A stretch of DNA of 64,000 nt from an uncultured Akkermansia sp. Lineage in GTDB: Bacteria > Verrucomicrobiota > Verrucomicrobiia > Verrucomicrobiales > Akkermansiaceae. The notes beneath the pieces are model-generated. The model searched no databases, was not told where the DNA came from, and saw only the letters and a program-made list of their open reading frames with translations. Numbering within the stretch: the first letter of the stretch is position 1; each line of letters starts with the position of its first letter. Location: assembly GCA_964448375.1 (NCBI GenBank), contig CAYVAI010000018.1, positions 2,970 through 66,969 on the forward strand, written 5' to 3'. Shown piece by piece: positions 37,952-47,814 of this stretch. A program made the position numbers and the translations under genes.

Positions 37952-37986
37952 AGCAACCGGTAGCTTAGTCTCCGGTTGCTTTTTTG
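37952..37986 (+). terminator. Rho-independent terminator after Arm-like copy 2
   Basis: Perfect 9-bp stem agcaaccgg (37952-37960) / ccggttgct (37972-37980), followed by ttttt. Confidence 0.75.
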
Positions 37987-38066
37987 TGCCTCTGGAAGGG
38001 AAAGCTCCTTGGTGGAGGATGCCATCGACATGAAAGATTAGCATATTGCTGTTCGTAGGAAAGGAC

Positions 38067-39191
38067 ATGACTTTTCCTGACTCCTCCGCCCTTCCCTCCA
38101 AACCTCATTATCCCATTTTGGACGGATTGAGAGGGGTTGCTGCGGTGATGGTGGTTATTTTCCACATTTTCGAGGCCAATGTCACAGACATGGAGTTCCA
38201 TACGGATCAAATCGTCAACCATGGGTATTTGGGTGTCGATTTCTTCTTCATCCTCTCCGGTTTTGTCATCGGCTATGCCTATGATGACCGATGGGGAAAG
38301 ATGAGCCTGTGGGGGTTCTGCAAGCGCCGCCTGATCCGGCTCCAGCCGATGGTGGTCATGGGAATGATACTGGGAGCAATTTTATTCTACCCGCAGGCAT
38401 CGGAAATTTTCCCGAACATTGCCGGAACACCTCTGTGGCTCATGCTGGTTGTAATGGCTGCCGGCAGCCTTCTAATACCCGTACCGCTGGGGATGGATGT
38501 TCGCGGGTGGACGGAGATGTATCCGCTGAATGGCCCGGGCTGGACGCTGTTTTTCGAGTACCTGGCCAATATTTTGTATGCGACGATTATCAGACGCTTG
38601 AGCAACTTCTGGCTTACCGCCTTCGTCTTCCTGGCTGGATGCGCACTGGTACACCAGTGCTACACTCTGGGTAACAATATCGGGGGTTGGAGCCTGACGA
38701 CCGAACAGATTCAAGTGGGTCTGACGCGACTGGCCTACCCCTTCTTCGGCGGCCTCCTGCTCTTTCGCCTGTGCAAGCCAGGGCGCATCAAGCATGCGTT
38801 CCTGTGGTGTAGTCTCATCATTGTTGGGGTCATGAGCATGCCCCATATGGGAGGTGCTGAACATTACCGGATCAATGGCCTATACGACGCTTTCTGCATC
38901 ATCGCCATCTTCCCCTGTACCGTTTACTTGGGTGCAAGCGGGGTCCTTAGCGGTGCCTTTTCCAAGCGACTGTGCCGTTTCCTGGGAGATTTATCCTACC
39001 CGCTCTATATCACACACTACCCGCTGATTTACTTGTACACCGCCTGGGTTGCAGACAATAAGCTCCCCCTCTCCGCAGCCATCCCTGTCGGAGGCCTCGT
39101 CCTGCTCGGAAGCATCATTCTGGCTACCCTGTGTCTGAAATTGTATGATGAACCGGTTCGCAACTGGCTGAAAAAGCGTTGTGCGGTATAA
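38067..39191 (+). CDS. Acyltransferase family 3 integral membrane protein (O-acyltransferase)
   Basis: N-terminal LDGLRGVAAVMVVIFH signature of acyltransferase_3. About 10 predicted TM segments. The ATG at 38067 is preceded by aggaaagg. The ORF is open from the TTG at 38046. Confidence 0.8.
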   Translation: MTFPDSSALPSKPHYPILDGLRGVAAVMVVIFHIFEANVTDMEFHTDQIVNHGYLGVDFFFILSGFVIGYAYDDRWGKMSLWGFCKRRLIRLQPMVVMGMILGAILFYPQASEIFPNIAGTPLWLMLVVMAAGSLLIPVPLGMDVRGWTEMYPLNGPGWTLFFEYLANILYATIIRRLSNFWLTAFVFLAGCALVHQCYTLGNNIGGWSLTTEQIQVGLTRLAYPFFGGLLLFRLCKPGRIKHAFLWCSLIIVGVMSMPHMGGAEHYRINGLYDAFCIIAIFPCTVYLGASGVLSGAFSKRLCRFLGDLSYPLYITHYPLIYLYTAWVADNKLPLSAAIPVGGLVLLGSIILATLCLKLYDEPVRNWLKKRCAV

Positions 39192-39277
39192 AGTACACCA
39201 GAGTGTGACGGAAAGAATTGTCAACTCACCTGATGGGCGCTTGAATATTCATCCGCTCTTCCTATACTTCGTGAACT

Positions 39278-40318
39278 ATGACGAGTGAAGCCCCTCAATC
39301 CGCTGAAGCCGAAAAACTGGCAGCAGCCCGCAAACGCAACCTTGATCTGGCTATCTCCCAGATCCAGAAAGACTTTGGTGAGTCCGCCATCATGAGATTG
39401 GGCGATACTCACAAATCCGATGTCGATGTCATCCCGACCGGTAACCTCCTGATTGACCGTGCTCTCGGTGTGGGCGGTTTTGCCCGTGGTCGTATCGTGG
39501 AAGTGTTCGGCCCGGAATCTTCCGGTAAAACGACGCTGACATTGACCGCCGTTGCCCAGGCACAAAAAGCTGGTGGTCTGGCCGCCTTCATCGACGTGGA
39601 ACATGCTCTGGATCCCCAGTATGCCGCCCGCCTCGGCGTCAATCTGGACGACCTGCTCGTCTCCCAGCCAAGCTCCGGGGAAGAGGCTCTGCAGATCTGC
39701 GAAGCCCTCGTCCGCTCAAACTCCATTGACGTCATCGTGCTGGACTCCGTGGCAGCCCTCGTCACCAAGCAGGAACTCGAAGGTGAAATCGGCGACTCGA
39801 CCGTCGGCGCCCAGGCACGCCTGATGTCAGCAGCTCTGCGCAAACTGACCAGCTTCATTTCCAAGGCTCGCACGGTCTGCGTCTTCACCAACCAGATCCG
39901 CGAAAAGATCGGAGTCATGTTTGGCAACCCGGAAACAACCCCTGGTGGTCGCGCCCTCAAATTCTACGCTTCCGTTCGTATTGATATCCGCCGCATCGGC
40001 CAGATCAAGGCTTCTGACGGATCCGTCAGCGGTAACCGCACCAAGCTGAAGGTCGTCAAGAACAAGGTGGCACCTCCCTTCACGGAATGCGAATTCGACA
40101 TCATGTACAACGAAGGTATCTCCTCCGTCGGTAGCCTGCTCGACCTCGCCATGGAATACGATATCATCCAGAAGCGCGGCTCGTGGATCAGCTACAATGG
40201 CAGTCAGATCGCCCAGGGACGCGACGCCGCCAAGGAAGCCCTCAAGAACAACGCCGAGCTGTACGCCGAAATTGAAGCTCTCGTCAAGCAGAAGCTGGAT
40301 GAAAAACAAGGCAAGTAA
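39278..40318 (+). CDS. recA: Recombinase RecA
   Basis: [11 protein letters not shown], Walker [24 protein letters not shown], and [35 protein letters not shown] are unmistakable RecA blocks. Confidence 0.98.
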   Translation: MTSEAPQSAEAEKLAAARKRNLDLAISQIQKDFGESAIMRLGDTHKSDVDVIPTGNLLIDRALGVGGFARGRIVEVFGPESSGKTTLTLTAVAQAQKAGGLAAFIDVEHALDPQYAARLGVNLDDLLVSQPSSGEEALQICEALVRSNSIDVIVLDSVAALVTKQELEGEIGDSTVGAQARLMSAALRKLTSFISKARTVCVFTNQIREKIGVMFGNPETTPGGRALKFYASVRIDIRRIGQIKASDGSVSGNRTKLKVVKNKVAPPFTECEFDIMYNEGISSVGSLLDLAMEYDIIQKRGSWISYNGSQIAQGRDAAKEALKNNAELYAEIEALVKQKLDEKQGK

Positions 40319-40354
40319 GCCTCGCACTATCAATCCCTGAAACCCTATTTTTGC

Positions 40355-40395
40355 AAGGCCGTTCCGCATCGTCGGGACGGCCTTGTTGCATTTTG
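40355..40395 (+). terminator. Terminator after recA
   Basis: Stem aaggccgttcc (40355-40365) / gggacggcctt (40374-40384) with one mismatch, followed by gttgcatttt. Confidence 0.6.
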
Positions 40396-40852
40396 CAGTG
40401 CGATAGAAGAAAAAAGGGGGAAGAGGATAGGAGGTCCGACACCATCACCTCCATACAGCTGACAAGAAGTAGCCAGTAACTGCTAATATATGGGGTTCTA
40501 ATTCAAAAAAAGCAACCGCTGTGCCGTCTATGGTAGTGAGCCACGTTCCCGTGTCTCAGTAAGGCGGGGACTTCCGCCATTCTTCTGGAGTATCCGCAAG
40601 GGACGGTCCATAGGAACAACGGGGCTGCCCCCATTATTATATACTATCGGTTCGGGCCACCTAACCATTTGGCGACGCACACAGCAGTCATAGAGAAAGA
40701 TATGGCTCATCATGGGAAAAATCAAAACAATTTTGCCACTGCAAGCTCTGCCCACCACTGGTTCCTGACGCAAACCGGGGATGAATATTCCGTAAATCCA
40801 TTGTTTGTGAATGAGATTTGAAAGAAAGCTACAGAACATCCGTACATACAGT

Positions 40853-43288
40853 ATGATCAAAGTCTCCTTTGCCTTCCTGCTCTCCACTGTGGCCACCGGG
40901 TTACTTTCCGGTGCCCAGAATACTCCCGATGTACCCCGACGCGGCGCTACCCAGGAAATCTGGGAGAGCCAGAGAGGACAGACCATCGACGACATGACCA
41001 AAACGCGCGCCTACCAGAACGGGAAGCCGACGCGGACAAGCATCGTACAGGAAATTGATATCGCATCCCTGGGAGATGAATATGGCGCACGCTACACAGC
41101 TGTTCTCATGGTACCCAAAACCGGAGACTACACCTTCTGGCTGGCGGCAGATGACAATGCCGAGCTTTGGTTAAGCTCCGATGTCCGCCCTGAAAACCTG
41201 GTCAAGATTGCCGAGAGGAAAGGTTATTCCTCCCGCAAAGCTTTCAGAAACGATGCCAAATCAAAGTCCGTCACCCTGGAGAAAGGGAAGCAGTATCTGA
41301 TCCAGGCTCTGCACAAACAGGCCGGAGGTGATGACCACATGGCCATTGCCTGGGAATGCGATGGCATGCCGCGCGAAGTCCTCGGAAAACGCTACATAAT
41401 GCCTCTCCTAGACGAGGAACAGAAAAAGGCCGTTGCCGAGACACTCAAGCGCGAGCAATACAAAAATGAACTCCGCAAGGAACTTGCCAGCAAGGACATT
41501 ACAACGCTCGCTTCCTGGCTCGACAATCTCTCCGACCCGGACAAAAAGCTCGTAGAAAACATTCTGCGCCAGGAGGAAAGAAACCTCGAATCCCTGGATG
41601 CCGACAAGCGCAAAGCCAGACTGAAAGCATTTGCTACCCTCGCCAAAGGCATCGTCCCCACAGCGGATAATCCGATTAAAAACCCGGCGGCCAAACGCCT
41701 CCTGTATCTGGAAGAGAAGTATCTGGAATCCCTGACTCAGGACGAACTCAAAGCCTATGGCCCCCATCGCCTCGCCCCCATGCTCGGGAAGATCCCGAAG
41801 GATGCCAAAGCCATCAAAAAGACGATCCCCCTGAGTTCGAAGGGTGACAAGTGGGGCTGGGAAACGGTGTCCACCGGAGTCTATGCCCTGCCCGGTGTAC
41901 CCGTTACCGTTACACTACCCACCGAATTGGCAGAAGCTGGGATGAATCTGGTTATCGGCCACCACGTCAATGCGGCCATCCATCAGGACCCGGCACTGAC
42001 CAGTACGCCGAACACAACGCGCCAGTTCCCGCTTAAGGAAACCAAAACCACGGCCATTTCTCCGCATGGCGGCATCATCTTCATCCAGGTTCCCAAGGAA
42101 GTCGCCATGCAGGATACGCCCGTCACCTTCGAAAACGTCCTGGAAACGCCACGTTTCATCCTCGGCAAGACGGATAATGAAGCTTGGAAGCAGCTCCGTG
42201 AAGCTCCGGCCCCATGGGGAGAACTCATTTCCGAGCACCTGCTTCTCCTCGTCAAGTCGGACGATCTGCGCCAACTGGAGGATCCCACCTCGCTCATGCA
42301 ATGGTGGAATGAAAACTGCCGTCACCACCAAGACTTCTATGCCTACTACCCCGGCTACCCCTTCCGCATGCACGCCAGCCTCTACCCCCGCGAAGGATAT
42401 GCCTACTGGCCCCTGGAATGGCACCCCCAAAACATGGCGCGACTTCTGGACCTAAAGCAGATGAAAGACAAAAACGACGGTCTTTTCCTGCACGAACACG
42501 GCCACCACGGAGACCCCGATGAAATTGTCGTTGGCTACTGGGGTGAATCCACCTGCAACTGGGCAGGGTATTACATGAAGTCGCTCAGGGATTTCGACTG
42601 GAAGGACAGCCCGGATACCCACATGCGCAAACTCTTCGACCCCGCCGACAAGTCACATGAAGAAATCAAGCAGGAAGGCTGGTACAAGATTTCCACCAAG
42701 GGGACGCATCATTGGTCCTACCCCGTCACCAGCATGATGCTGGGCCACACCGTGGACTTTGGCTGGCAGCCTTTGAAGAACACTATTCGCCGGATGCGTG
42801 ACAAGAATGATGCCATGTACCAGTGGGACTTCGTTCAGGGAGACATGAATAATCAGGATATCCGCGACCAGGCAAAGATCGACCGCTACCTCATTGGGCT
42901 CTCGGAAGAATGCCAACGCGATGTCCGCCCGTACTTCGAACACTTCAAGCTGAGACCCTCCGCTGGAGCTGCCGAATACCTCGACAAAAAAGCCTTCCCG
43001 AAGTGGGATCTTTCCTACCTCGCAGTAGACACCATACCATCCACTGCAGCCGACACACCGCTGACAATCCCCAATCTCAACCAATCCATTCTAAGCATGG
43101 CTGGCCCCACAAAAATCAGCTTGAACAGCCGTACCGTCAATGGAGGCACCGTCAAATTCTCCCCCAATGGCGATGTCGAGTACACGCCCAAACAGGGATT
43201 CACCGGAGAAGACCGCATCTCCTACGTACTCAAGAACCCGGTTGGAACCTCCCCCGTCAAATACCTGCCCGTTCAGGTAGGACAATAA
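40853..43288 (+). CDS. Secreted PA14-domain / M60-like (enhancin-type) zinc metallopeptidase with C-terminal Ig-like domain; candidate mucinase
   Basis: Signal peptide MIKVSFAFLLSTVATGLLSGAQN from ATG 40853. PA14 block YGARYTAVLMVPKTGDYTFWLAADDNAELWLSSD. M60 N-domain-like WGWETVSTGVYALPGVPVTV. HEXXH site LFLHEHGHHGD. C-terminal VNGGTVKFSPNGDVEYTPKQGFTGEDRISYVLKN is a cadherin/Ig-like module. Confidence 0.8.
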   Translation: MIKVSFAFLLSTVATGLLSGAQNTPDVPRRGATQEIWESQRGQTIDDMTKTRAYQNGKPTRTSIVQEIDIASLGDEYGARYTAVLMVPKTGDYTFWLAADDNAELWLSSDVRPENLVKIAERKGYSSRKAFRNDAKSKSVTLEKGKQYLIQALHKQAGGDDHMAIAWECDGMPREVLGKRYIMPLLDEEQKKAVAETLKREQYKNELRKELASKDITTLASWLDNLSDPDKKLVENILRQEERNLESLDADKRKARLKAFATLAKGIVPTADNPIKNPAAKRLLYLEEKYLESLTQDELKAYGPHRLAPMLGKIPKDAKAIKKTIPLSSKGDKWGWETVSTGVYALPGVPVTVTLPTELAEAGMNLVIGHHVNAAIHQDPALTSTPNTTRQFPLKETKTTAISPHGGIIFIQVPKEVAMQDTPVTFENVLETPRFILGKTDNEAWKQLREAPAPWGELISEHLLLLVKSDDLRQLEDPTSLMQWWNENCRHHQDFYAYYPGYPFRMHASLYPREGYAYWPLEWHPQNMARLLDLKQMKDKNDGLFLHEHGHHGDPDEIVVGYWGESTCNWAGYYMKSLRDFDWKDSPDTHMRKLFDPADKSHEEIKQEGWYKISTKGTHHWSYPVTSMMLGHTVDFGWQPLKNTIRRMRDKNDAMYQWDFVQGDMNNQDIRDQAKIDRYLIGLSEECQRDVRPYFEHFKLRPSAGAAEYLDKKAFPKWDLSYLAVDTIPSTAADTPLTIPNLNQSILSMAGPTKISLNSRTVNGGTVKFSPNGDVEYTPKQGFTGEDRISYVLKNPVGTSPVKYLPVQVGQ

Positions 43289-43417
43289 ACCGTTGCCACA
43301 CCTCCGCTTTACAACTACCGTGCCCTTGGATTCATCATGAATTCAGGGGCACGCTGGTTTCCAAAACCGGGAAAAAGTTTATCCAATCCCGGATGAGGAG
43401 GAGAAAACGCAGAAGGC

Positions 43418-45028
43418 TCAGGAGGCGGTGATGCCGCCTTTTTCGTCATCAAGGATACCTGATTTTTCCAGATAGTAATCGTAGCCTCCCGCGTAGGTCG
43501 TTACCGCGCCCTGATTGACGTGGAGAGTCTTTTCCGCCAGAGAGCGGATGAAGTGGACATCGTGGGAAATGAAGACGAGGGTGCCTTCGTAGTGCTTCAA
43601 AGCCTGGACGAGAGCCTCGACGGACAAAAGGTCAAGGTGAGTCGTCGGTTCATCCATCAGAAGAAGATTGGGAGGATCCACCAGGAACTTCACCAAGCTG
43701 AGGCGGGATTTTTCCCCACCGGATAGCACCTGCACCCGCTTCTGGACATCTGCACGGCGGAAGAGGAAGGAGCCGAGGATGGAGCGGGCTTCTTCTTCCC
43801 GGATCTCGTCGTTGCACTTCATGATCTCCTCAAGCACCGTGTTGTCGGGGTTAAGGTTTTCCGAACGCGTCTGGGAGAAATATCCGATGCGCGTTGTCGT
43901 TCCGGGAATGCGTTTGCCGGAATTGACGGGCACGATACCGGCAAGAATCTTCAGCAGGGTGGATTTGCCAGCACCATTCGGGCCAACGAGAACAATGCGG
44001 TCGCCGCGTTCAATCAACAAATCGAGGTTCTGATAGACCTGTACCTCACCGTAGGATTGACCGACTTTCTCAAGTTCCATCACTTTCTGAGTGCTGCGCT
44101 GAGGCTGAGGGAAGTTGAATTTGAACACCTTGCGCGTGGCCTTCGGCCTGTTGATTACCTTCATGCGCTCCAGTTGCTTCACACGGCTCTGCACCTGCCC
44201 TGCTTTGGAAGCCACCGAACGGAAACGGTCGATGAACTCCTGAATGTGCTCGATTTCCTTCTGCTGATTGCGGTAGGCCGCCTGGAGTTGCTCGTAACGT
44301 TGTTCCTTGAGATCCAGGAACTTTGTATAATTTCCACGATAGGAGACGAGTTCTTCGTCATCAATATCATACACGGTTTCAATGAGTTCATCCATGAAGT
44401 CGCGATCGTGGGAAATCAGAAGGATGGCTCCGGGGTAATTCATCAGGTAGCGTTGGAGCCAAAGGAGGGAAAGAAGATCCAGGTGGTTTGTCGGTTCATC
44501 CAACATGAGCAGATCCGGCTCCATCACCAGGAGTTTGGCGAGGTGGGCACGCATCACCCAACCGCCGGACATTTCGCGAGCGGGACGCTGGAAGTCGCTG
44601 TCGCGGAAAGAGAGCCCCTTAAGTATCTTCTTCGCCTTCGGTTCCAATTGGTAACCATTGGCAGCACTGAAGACATCCATGGCATGGGCATATTCCTCCG
44701 TGTGCATGTGCCCGCTTTCTTCTGAGACCTTGATCACGCGAAGGGCGGCAGCCAGCTCCGGAGTCACCCCCATGGCAATTTCCAGAACCGTCTCATCGCG
44801 AGGATCCCCCGCTTCCTGGGGCAGATAGCCAATCACTCCGTACTCGTCGGTACTGATTGTTCCTTCATCGGGGGTGTCTTCTCCGAGAATCATGCGGAAC
44901 AGGGTGGACTTCCCCGCCCCATTAGGGCCGACCAGAGCAACGCGTTCCCCCCAGTTGATTGTCATATCCGTTTCCCGAAACAGGGTTCTTCCCGCGTGAG
45001 CTTTGGTAAGTTTCTTGATTGTCAGCAT
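43418..45028 (-). CDS. ABC-F family ATPase (EttA/Uup-like translation factor)
   Basis: Two ABC cassettes with no TM domain. Walker A GPNGAGKST appears twice. Signatures are MSGGWVMR and LSGGEKSRL. There is an inter-domain linker with the KEQRYEQLQAAYRNQQKEIEH coiled region. ATG 45028 (MLTIKKL...) is preferred; the ORF is open to 45052. Confidence 0.88.
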   Translation of the reverse strand: MLTIKKLTKAHAGRTLFRETDMTINWGERVALVGPNGAGKSTLFRMILGEDTPDEGTISTDEYGVIGYLPQEAGDPRDETVLEIAMGVTPELAAALRVIKVSEESGHMHTEEYAHAMDVFSAANGYQLEPKAKKILKGLSFRDSDFQRPAREMSGGWVMRAHLAKLLVMEPDLLMLDEPTNHLDLLSLLWLQRYLMNYPGAILLISHDRDFMDELIETVYDIDDEELVSYRGNYTKFLDLKEQRYEQLQAAYRNQQKEIEHIQEFIDRFRSVASKAGQVQSRVKQLERMKVINRPKATRKVFKFNFPQPQRSTQKVMELEKVGQSYGEVQVYQNLDLLIERGDRIVLVGPNGAGKSTLLKILAGIVPVNSGKRIPGTTTRIGYFSQTRSENLNPDNTVLEEIMKCNDEIREEEARSILGSFLFRRADVQKRVQVLSGGEKSRLSLVKFLVDPPNLLLMDEPTTHLDLLSVEALVQALKHYEGTLVFISHDVHFIRSLAEKTLHVNQGAVTTYAGGYDYYLEKSGILDDEKGGITAS

Positions 45029-45161
45029 GATAAATGGAATAAAGCGACTCAATCATAAGGAGGGATGGGGCCGCAAGCAAGCGCAGGAACAGGTGAGGAC
45101 ACAATTTCATTGTTCTCCCACTGGTCTTTCCGCGAAGAAATGCTAGTTTGTCCCTGTTCTT

Positions 45162-45791
45162 ATGCCTTACCGTCTGTTCATTATTACCCTGACTCTCTTC
45201 TGTATGTGGAGTTTGACCTCCTGTTGTCAGGCTCCACCCAAAGCCTACGATACAAGTCCCTATGTCGCGTCAAAGATCGACGAACTGCAGCAGGACTTCC
45301 TGAAACTACTCCCTTCGGCTCAGGCTCAACAGCCAGCGGCGGCTGAAGAAGCCCACTGGCTCGCTCAAACAGCCTACGTCCAGTCCGCCAACATTGCCCG
45401 TTACAACGACGCCATGTTTTTCGGATGGATCAACAACATCATGGTCAACTCCTATGTCCTGGATCGCGGCCTCTGTTACCACTACCAACAGGATCTTTTC
45501 CGCGAATTGCGCAGGCGCCGCCTCCACTACTTCTTTCTGGGGCTCACCATACGAGACAAGGGCAAGGCTCGTTCTCACAGCTGTCTTTACGTCAATGCCA
45601 AGGGCAAGGGACTGAAGGATGCCCTCGTCCTCGATGCATGGATCCACTGCGGTCACCTTCGCATCGTTCCCCCGGAAGACCGAGGAGATAACTGGCAAGA
45701 GGACTACGAGTGGCAAAATTATATGGAACGTGCTTTCCCTGAGGAGCATACATACTCATTCAATTCCTTCCTGAAAGAAACGGTTCGTTAG
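45162..45791 (+). CDS. Hypothetical lipoprotein
   Basis: MPYRLFIITLTLFCMWSLTSCCQ has a signal peptide with the lipobox LTSC. 209 aa, no recognised domain. Confidence 0.6.
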   Translation: MPYRLFIITLTLFCMWSLTSCCQAPPKAYDTSPYVASKIDELQQDFLKLLPSAQAQQPAAAEEAHWLAQTAYVQSANIARYNDAMFFGWINNIMVNSYVLDRGLCYHYQQDLFRELRRRRLHYFFLGLTIRDKGKARSHSCLYVNAKGKGLKDALVLDAWIHCGHLRIVPPEDRGDNWQEDYEWQNYMERAFPEEHTYSFNSFLKETVR

Positions 45792-45915
45792 GAAATATTG
45801 TCCATTTATGGTACTGACGCCTACCCCCCATGCCGCAAAATCACACTTTCCAGCTTGTCATTCCGAGTAGTTTTGCCCAGTATAGCAATGAGGTGTGAAT
45901 GAGGCTTGCTAAATT

Positions 45916-46851
45916 ATGAACAGGTGTTTAGAAATGTTGACATCACTACGTACATGGATTTTTTCTGCAGCAGTTCTGGCCGTAACCGGCTCAGCGGAAG
46001 CTAGTGGAGCCATGACCTTGGATGCCCCCCATTTGTTTTCTCTTCCCCTTCCGGGAGGGATTGAGTTGCCCTTCTCGAACTCGACGCTCATGCTGTTTTT
46101 GGCCGTTTGCGTCATCAGCTTGGTTGTATGGCTCGGGACGCGCAAGATGGAGCTGGTTCCGCATGGTATCCAGAATGCCATTGAAGCCATTTACGAAGGG
46201 CTCTACAATTTTGTACAGGGAATCCTGGGGCCCTATCTGACGCAGAAGTATTTTTGGTACTTCGGGACGGTATTCATCCTGATTCTTTGCAGCAACTACA
46301 TGGGGCTCATCCCCGGGGTAGGCATTATCACAACGGTCAACGATGCCGGAGTCGTCGTCCCCGCCTTCCGCGGAGCGAATGCGGACATGTACACGACGCT
46401 GACGCTAGGTGTGTTTTTCGCTCTTCTGTGGTTCGTCTGGAGCATCCGTGAACAGGGAATCAAGCACTTTCTCATCCACATTTTCGGCCCCAAGGGCGGA
46501 GTCAAAGGCATCATGGGAGTTTTGCTCGTGCCTATTTTCTTTTTCGTCGGGATCATTGAATGCCTCAGCATCGCCATCCGTCCCATTGCGTTGGCCGCCC
46601 GATTATTCGGCAACATTTTCGCTGGTGAAAACATCATTGAACACATGGCACACATGGGAGGCCCGATTCTTGGAGCCCTGTGTGTCCTTCCCTTCCTGGC
46701 CATGGAAATCCTGATCGGTTTCATCCAGGCACTCGTTTTCCTTCTGTTGACAGCCATCTTCCTGAAGCTTCAGGTAGGAGACAGCCATGCAGATTCCCAT
46801 GATGAGTCTCATACGGAACCTCCCAAGCCTATTGGCGAGGAAGCGACCTGA
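45916..46851 (+). CDS. atpB: F0F1 ATP synthase subunit a
   Basis: Polytopic membrane protein with the conserved RPIALAARLFGNIFAGE arginine helix. First gene of the atp cluster. Confidence 0.92.
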   Translation: MNRCLEMLTSLRTWIFSAAVLAVTGSAEASGAMTLDAPHLFSLPLPGGIELPFSNSTLMLFLAVCVISLVVWLGTRKMELVPHGIQNAIEAIYEGLYNFVQGILGPYLTQKYFWYFGTVFILILCSNYMGLIPGVGIITTVNDAGVVVPAFRGANADMYTTLTLGVFFALLWFVWSIREQGIKHFLIHIFGPKGGVKGIMGVLLVPIFFFVGIIECLSIAIRPIALAARLFGNIFAGENIIEHMAHMGGPILGALCVLPFLAMEILIGFIQALVFLLLTAIFLKLQVGDSHADSHDESHTEPPKPIGEEAT

Positions 46852-46934
46852 AGACCGACACACCAATTTTTGTCACCGGATCATGGGCAAACCGTGAGGG
46901 TGATCAAGCAACAACAACACAATAATCCAATAAT

Positions 46935-47165
46935 ATGATCGAATACTTACCCATGCTTGCCAGCATCGACATCGCTGGTAATATCCACAACATCGGCTTC
47001 GGCCTCGCCACCATCGGTGCCGGCATCGGCATTGGCATGATTGGTGCCAAGGCTGCTGAAGCAACCGGACGCAATCCCTCCTCATTCTCCTCCGTCATGG
47101 TGATTTCCATCACGATGGCAGCACTCGTGGAAGGCGTCGCCCTGATCGCCATCTTCATGAGCTAA
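46935..47165 (+). CDS. atpE: F0F1 ATP synthase subunit c
   Basis: 76-aa hairpin proteolipid with the loop AAEATGRNP and the carboxylate helix ITMAALVEGVALIAIF. Confidence 0.92.
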   Translation: MIEYLPMLASIDIAGNIHNIGFGLATIGAGIGIGMIGAKAAEATGRNPSSFSSVMVISITMAALVEGVALIAIFMS

Positions 47166-47237
47166 TCGTTCTTTCAACCGCTTCCCGCGTGCAATGCGTG
47201 CGGGAAGCGGAACCAAGGTAATTCATTTTCTTCAGCC

Positions 47238-47777
47238 ATGATTGTTTCTATCCTAGCAGATGCCGGTGGCCAGACCTGGAACCCCTTTACTTCCTTCGGG
47301 GTAACGAGTTGGGAGCCTTTTGTCTCCAATCTGATCGCCTTCATACTGATGATCATCATCCTGCGCATTTTTGCATTCAAGCCGATCCGGCAAATACTTC
47401 AGAAGCGAAAAGACCGCATCGCTGAAGGTGAATTCATGCGTGCCGAAAGCGAACGCAAACTCGCTTCCGTCCAAAAAGAAGCCAAGGACATCCTCATCAA
47501 AGCCGGTCAGGAAGGCCAGGAACAGGTTGTCAAGGCCAAGGAAGCTGCCTCCAAACTCCTTGAAACCAAGGAAGAAGAGGCCTCCCGCATTGCCCGTGAC
47601 CTGATTGCCAGATCCGAAGAAGCCGCCGCCCTCGAAACCAAACAGGCCCGGGAAGAACTCAAGAAGGACTTTGTCCGCATGGTAGCACTCGCCACGGCTC
47701 AAGTCTCCGGAAAGGTTCTCACCGACGAAGACCATCGCCGCATCAATCAGGAACTGATCAAAGAGATCAAGCACTGA
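47238..47777 (+). CDS. atpF: F0F1 ATP synthase subunit b
   Basis: Single N-terminal TM (LIAFILMIIILRIFAF) followed by a long charged helix (KRKDRIAEGEFMRAESERKLASVQKEAKD...). Its position lies between atpE and atpH. Confidence 0.88.
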   Translation: MIVSILADAGGQTWNPFTSFGVTSWEPFVSNLIAFILMIIILRIFAFKPIRQILQKRKDRIAEGEFMRAESERKLASVQKEAKDILIKAGQEGQEQVVKAKEAASKLLETKEEEASRIARDLIARSEEAAALETKQAREELKKDFVRMVALATAQVSGKVLTDEDHRRINQELIKEIKH

Positions 47778-47814
47778 CGCCACATTTACCCCTTTTCATT
47801 CAGGCGATTTCATC

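Noticed and set aside
40396-40852. Possible RNase P RNA, tmRNA, SRP RNA or tRNA in the ~460-nt spacer, whose size is compatible with RNase P.
   Set aside because: On neither strand could I find GAGGAAAGUCC / ACAGAA.CCGGCUUA (RNase P). I also found no GGGG..5'/..CCACCA 3' pairing or tag reading frame (tmRNA), no GGUCCGGAAGGAAGCAGC (SRP) and no GGTTCGAATCC-type T-arm. I kept only a generic 'structured leader' finding.
40528-41001. 157-aa minus-strand ORF in the recA to peptidase spacer.
   Set aside because: It overlaps the start and signal peptide of the M60-like gene. It has no start context, and its translation has no motifs. The region is treated as non-coding instead.
43321-43352. Imperfect palindrome gtgcccttggattcatcatgaattcaggggcac between the convergent M60-like and ABC-F genes, considered as a bidirectional terminator.
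   Set aside because: The stem contains several mismatches or bulges, and there is no flanking T/A tract. This is too weak to call.
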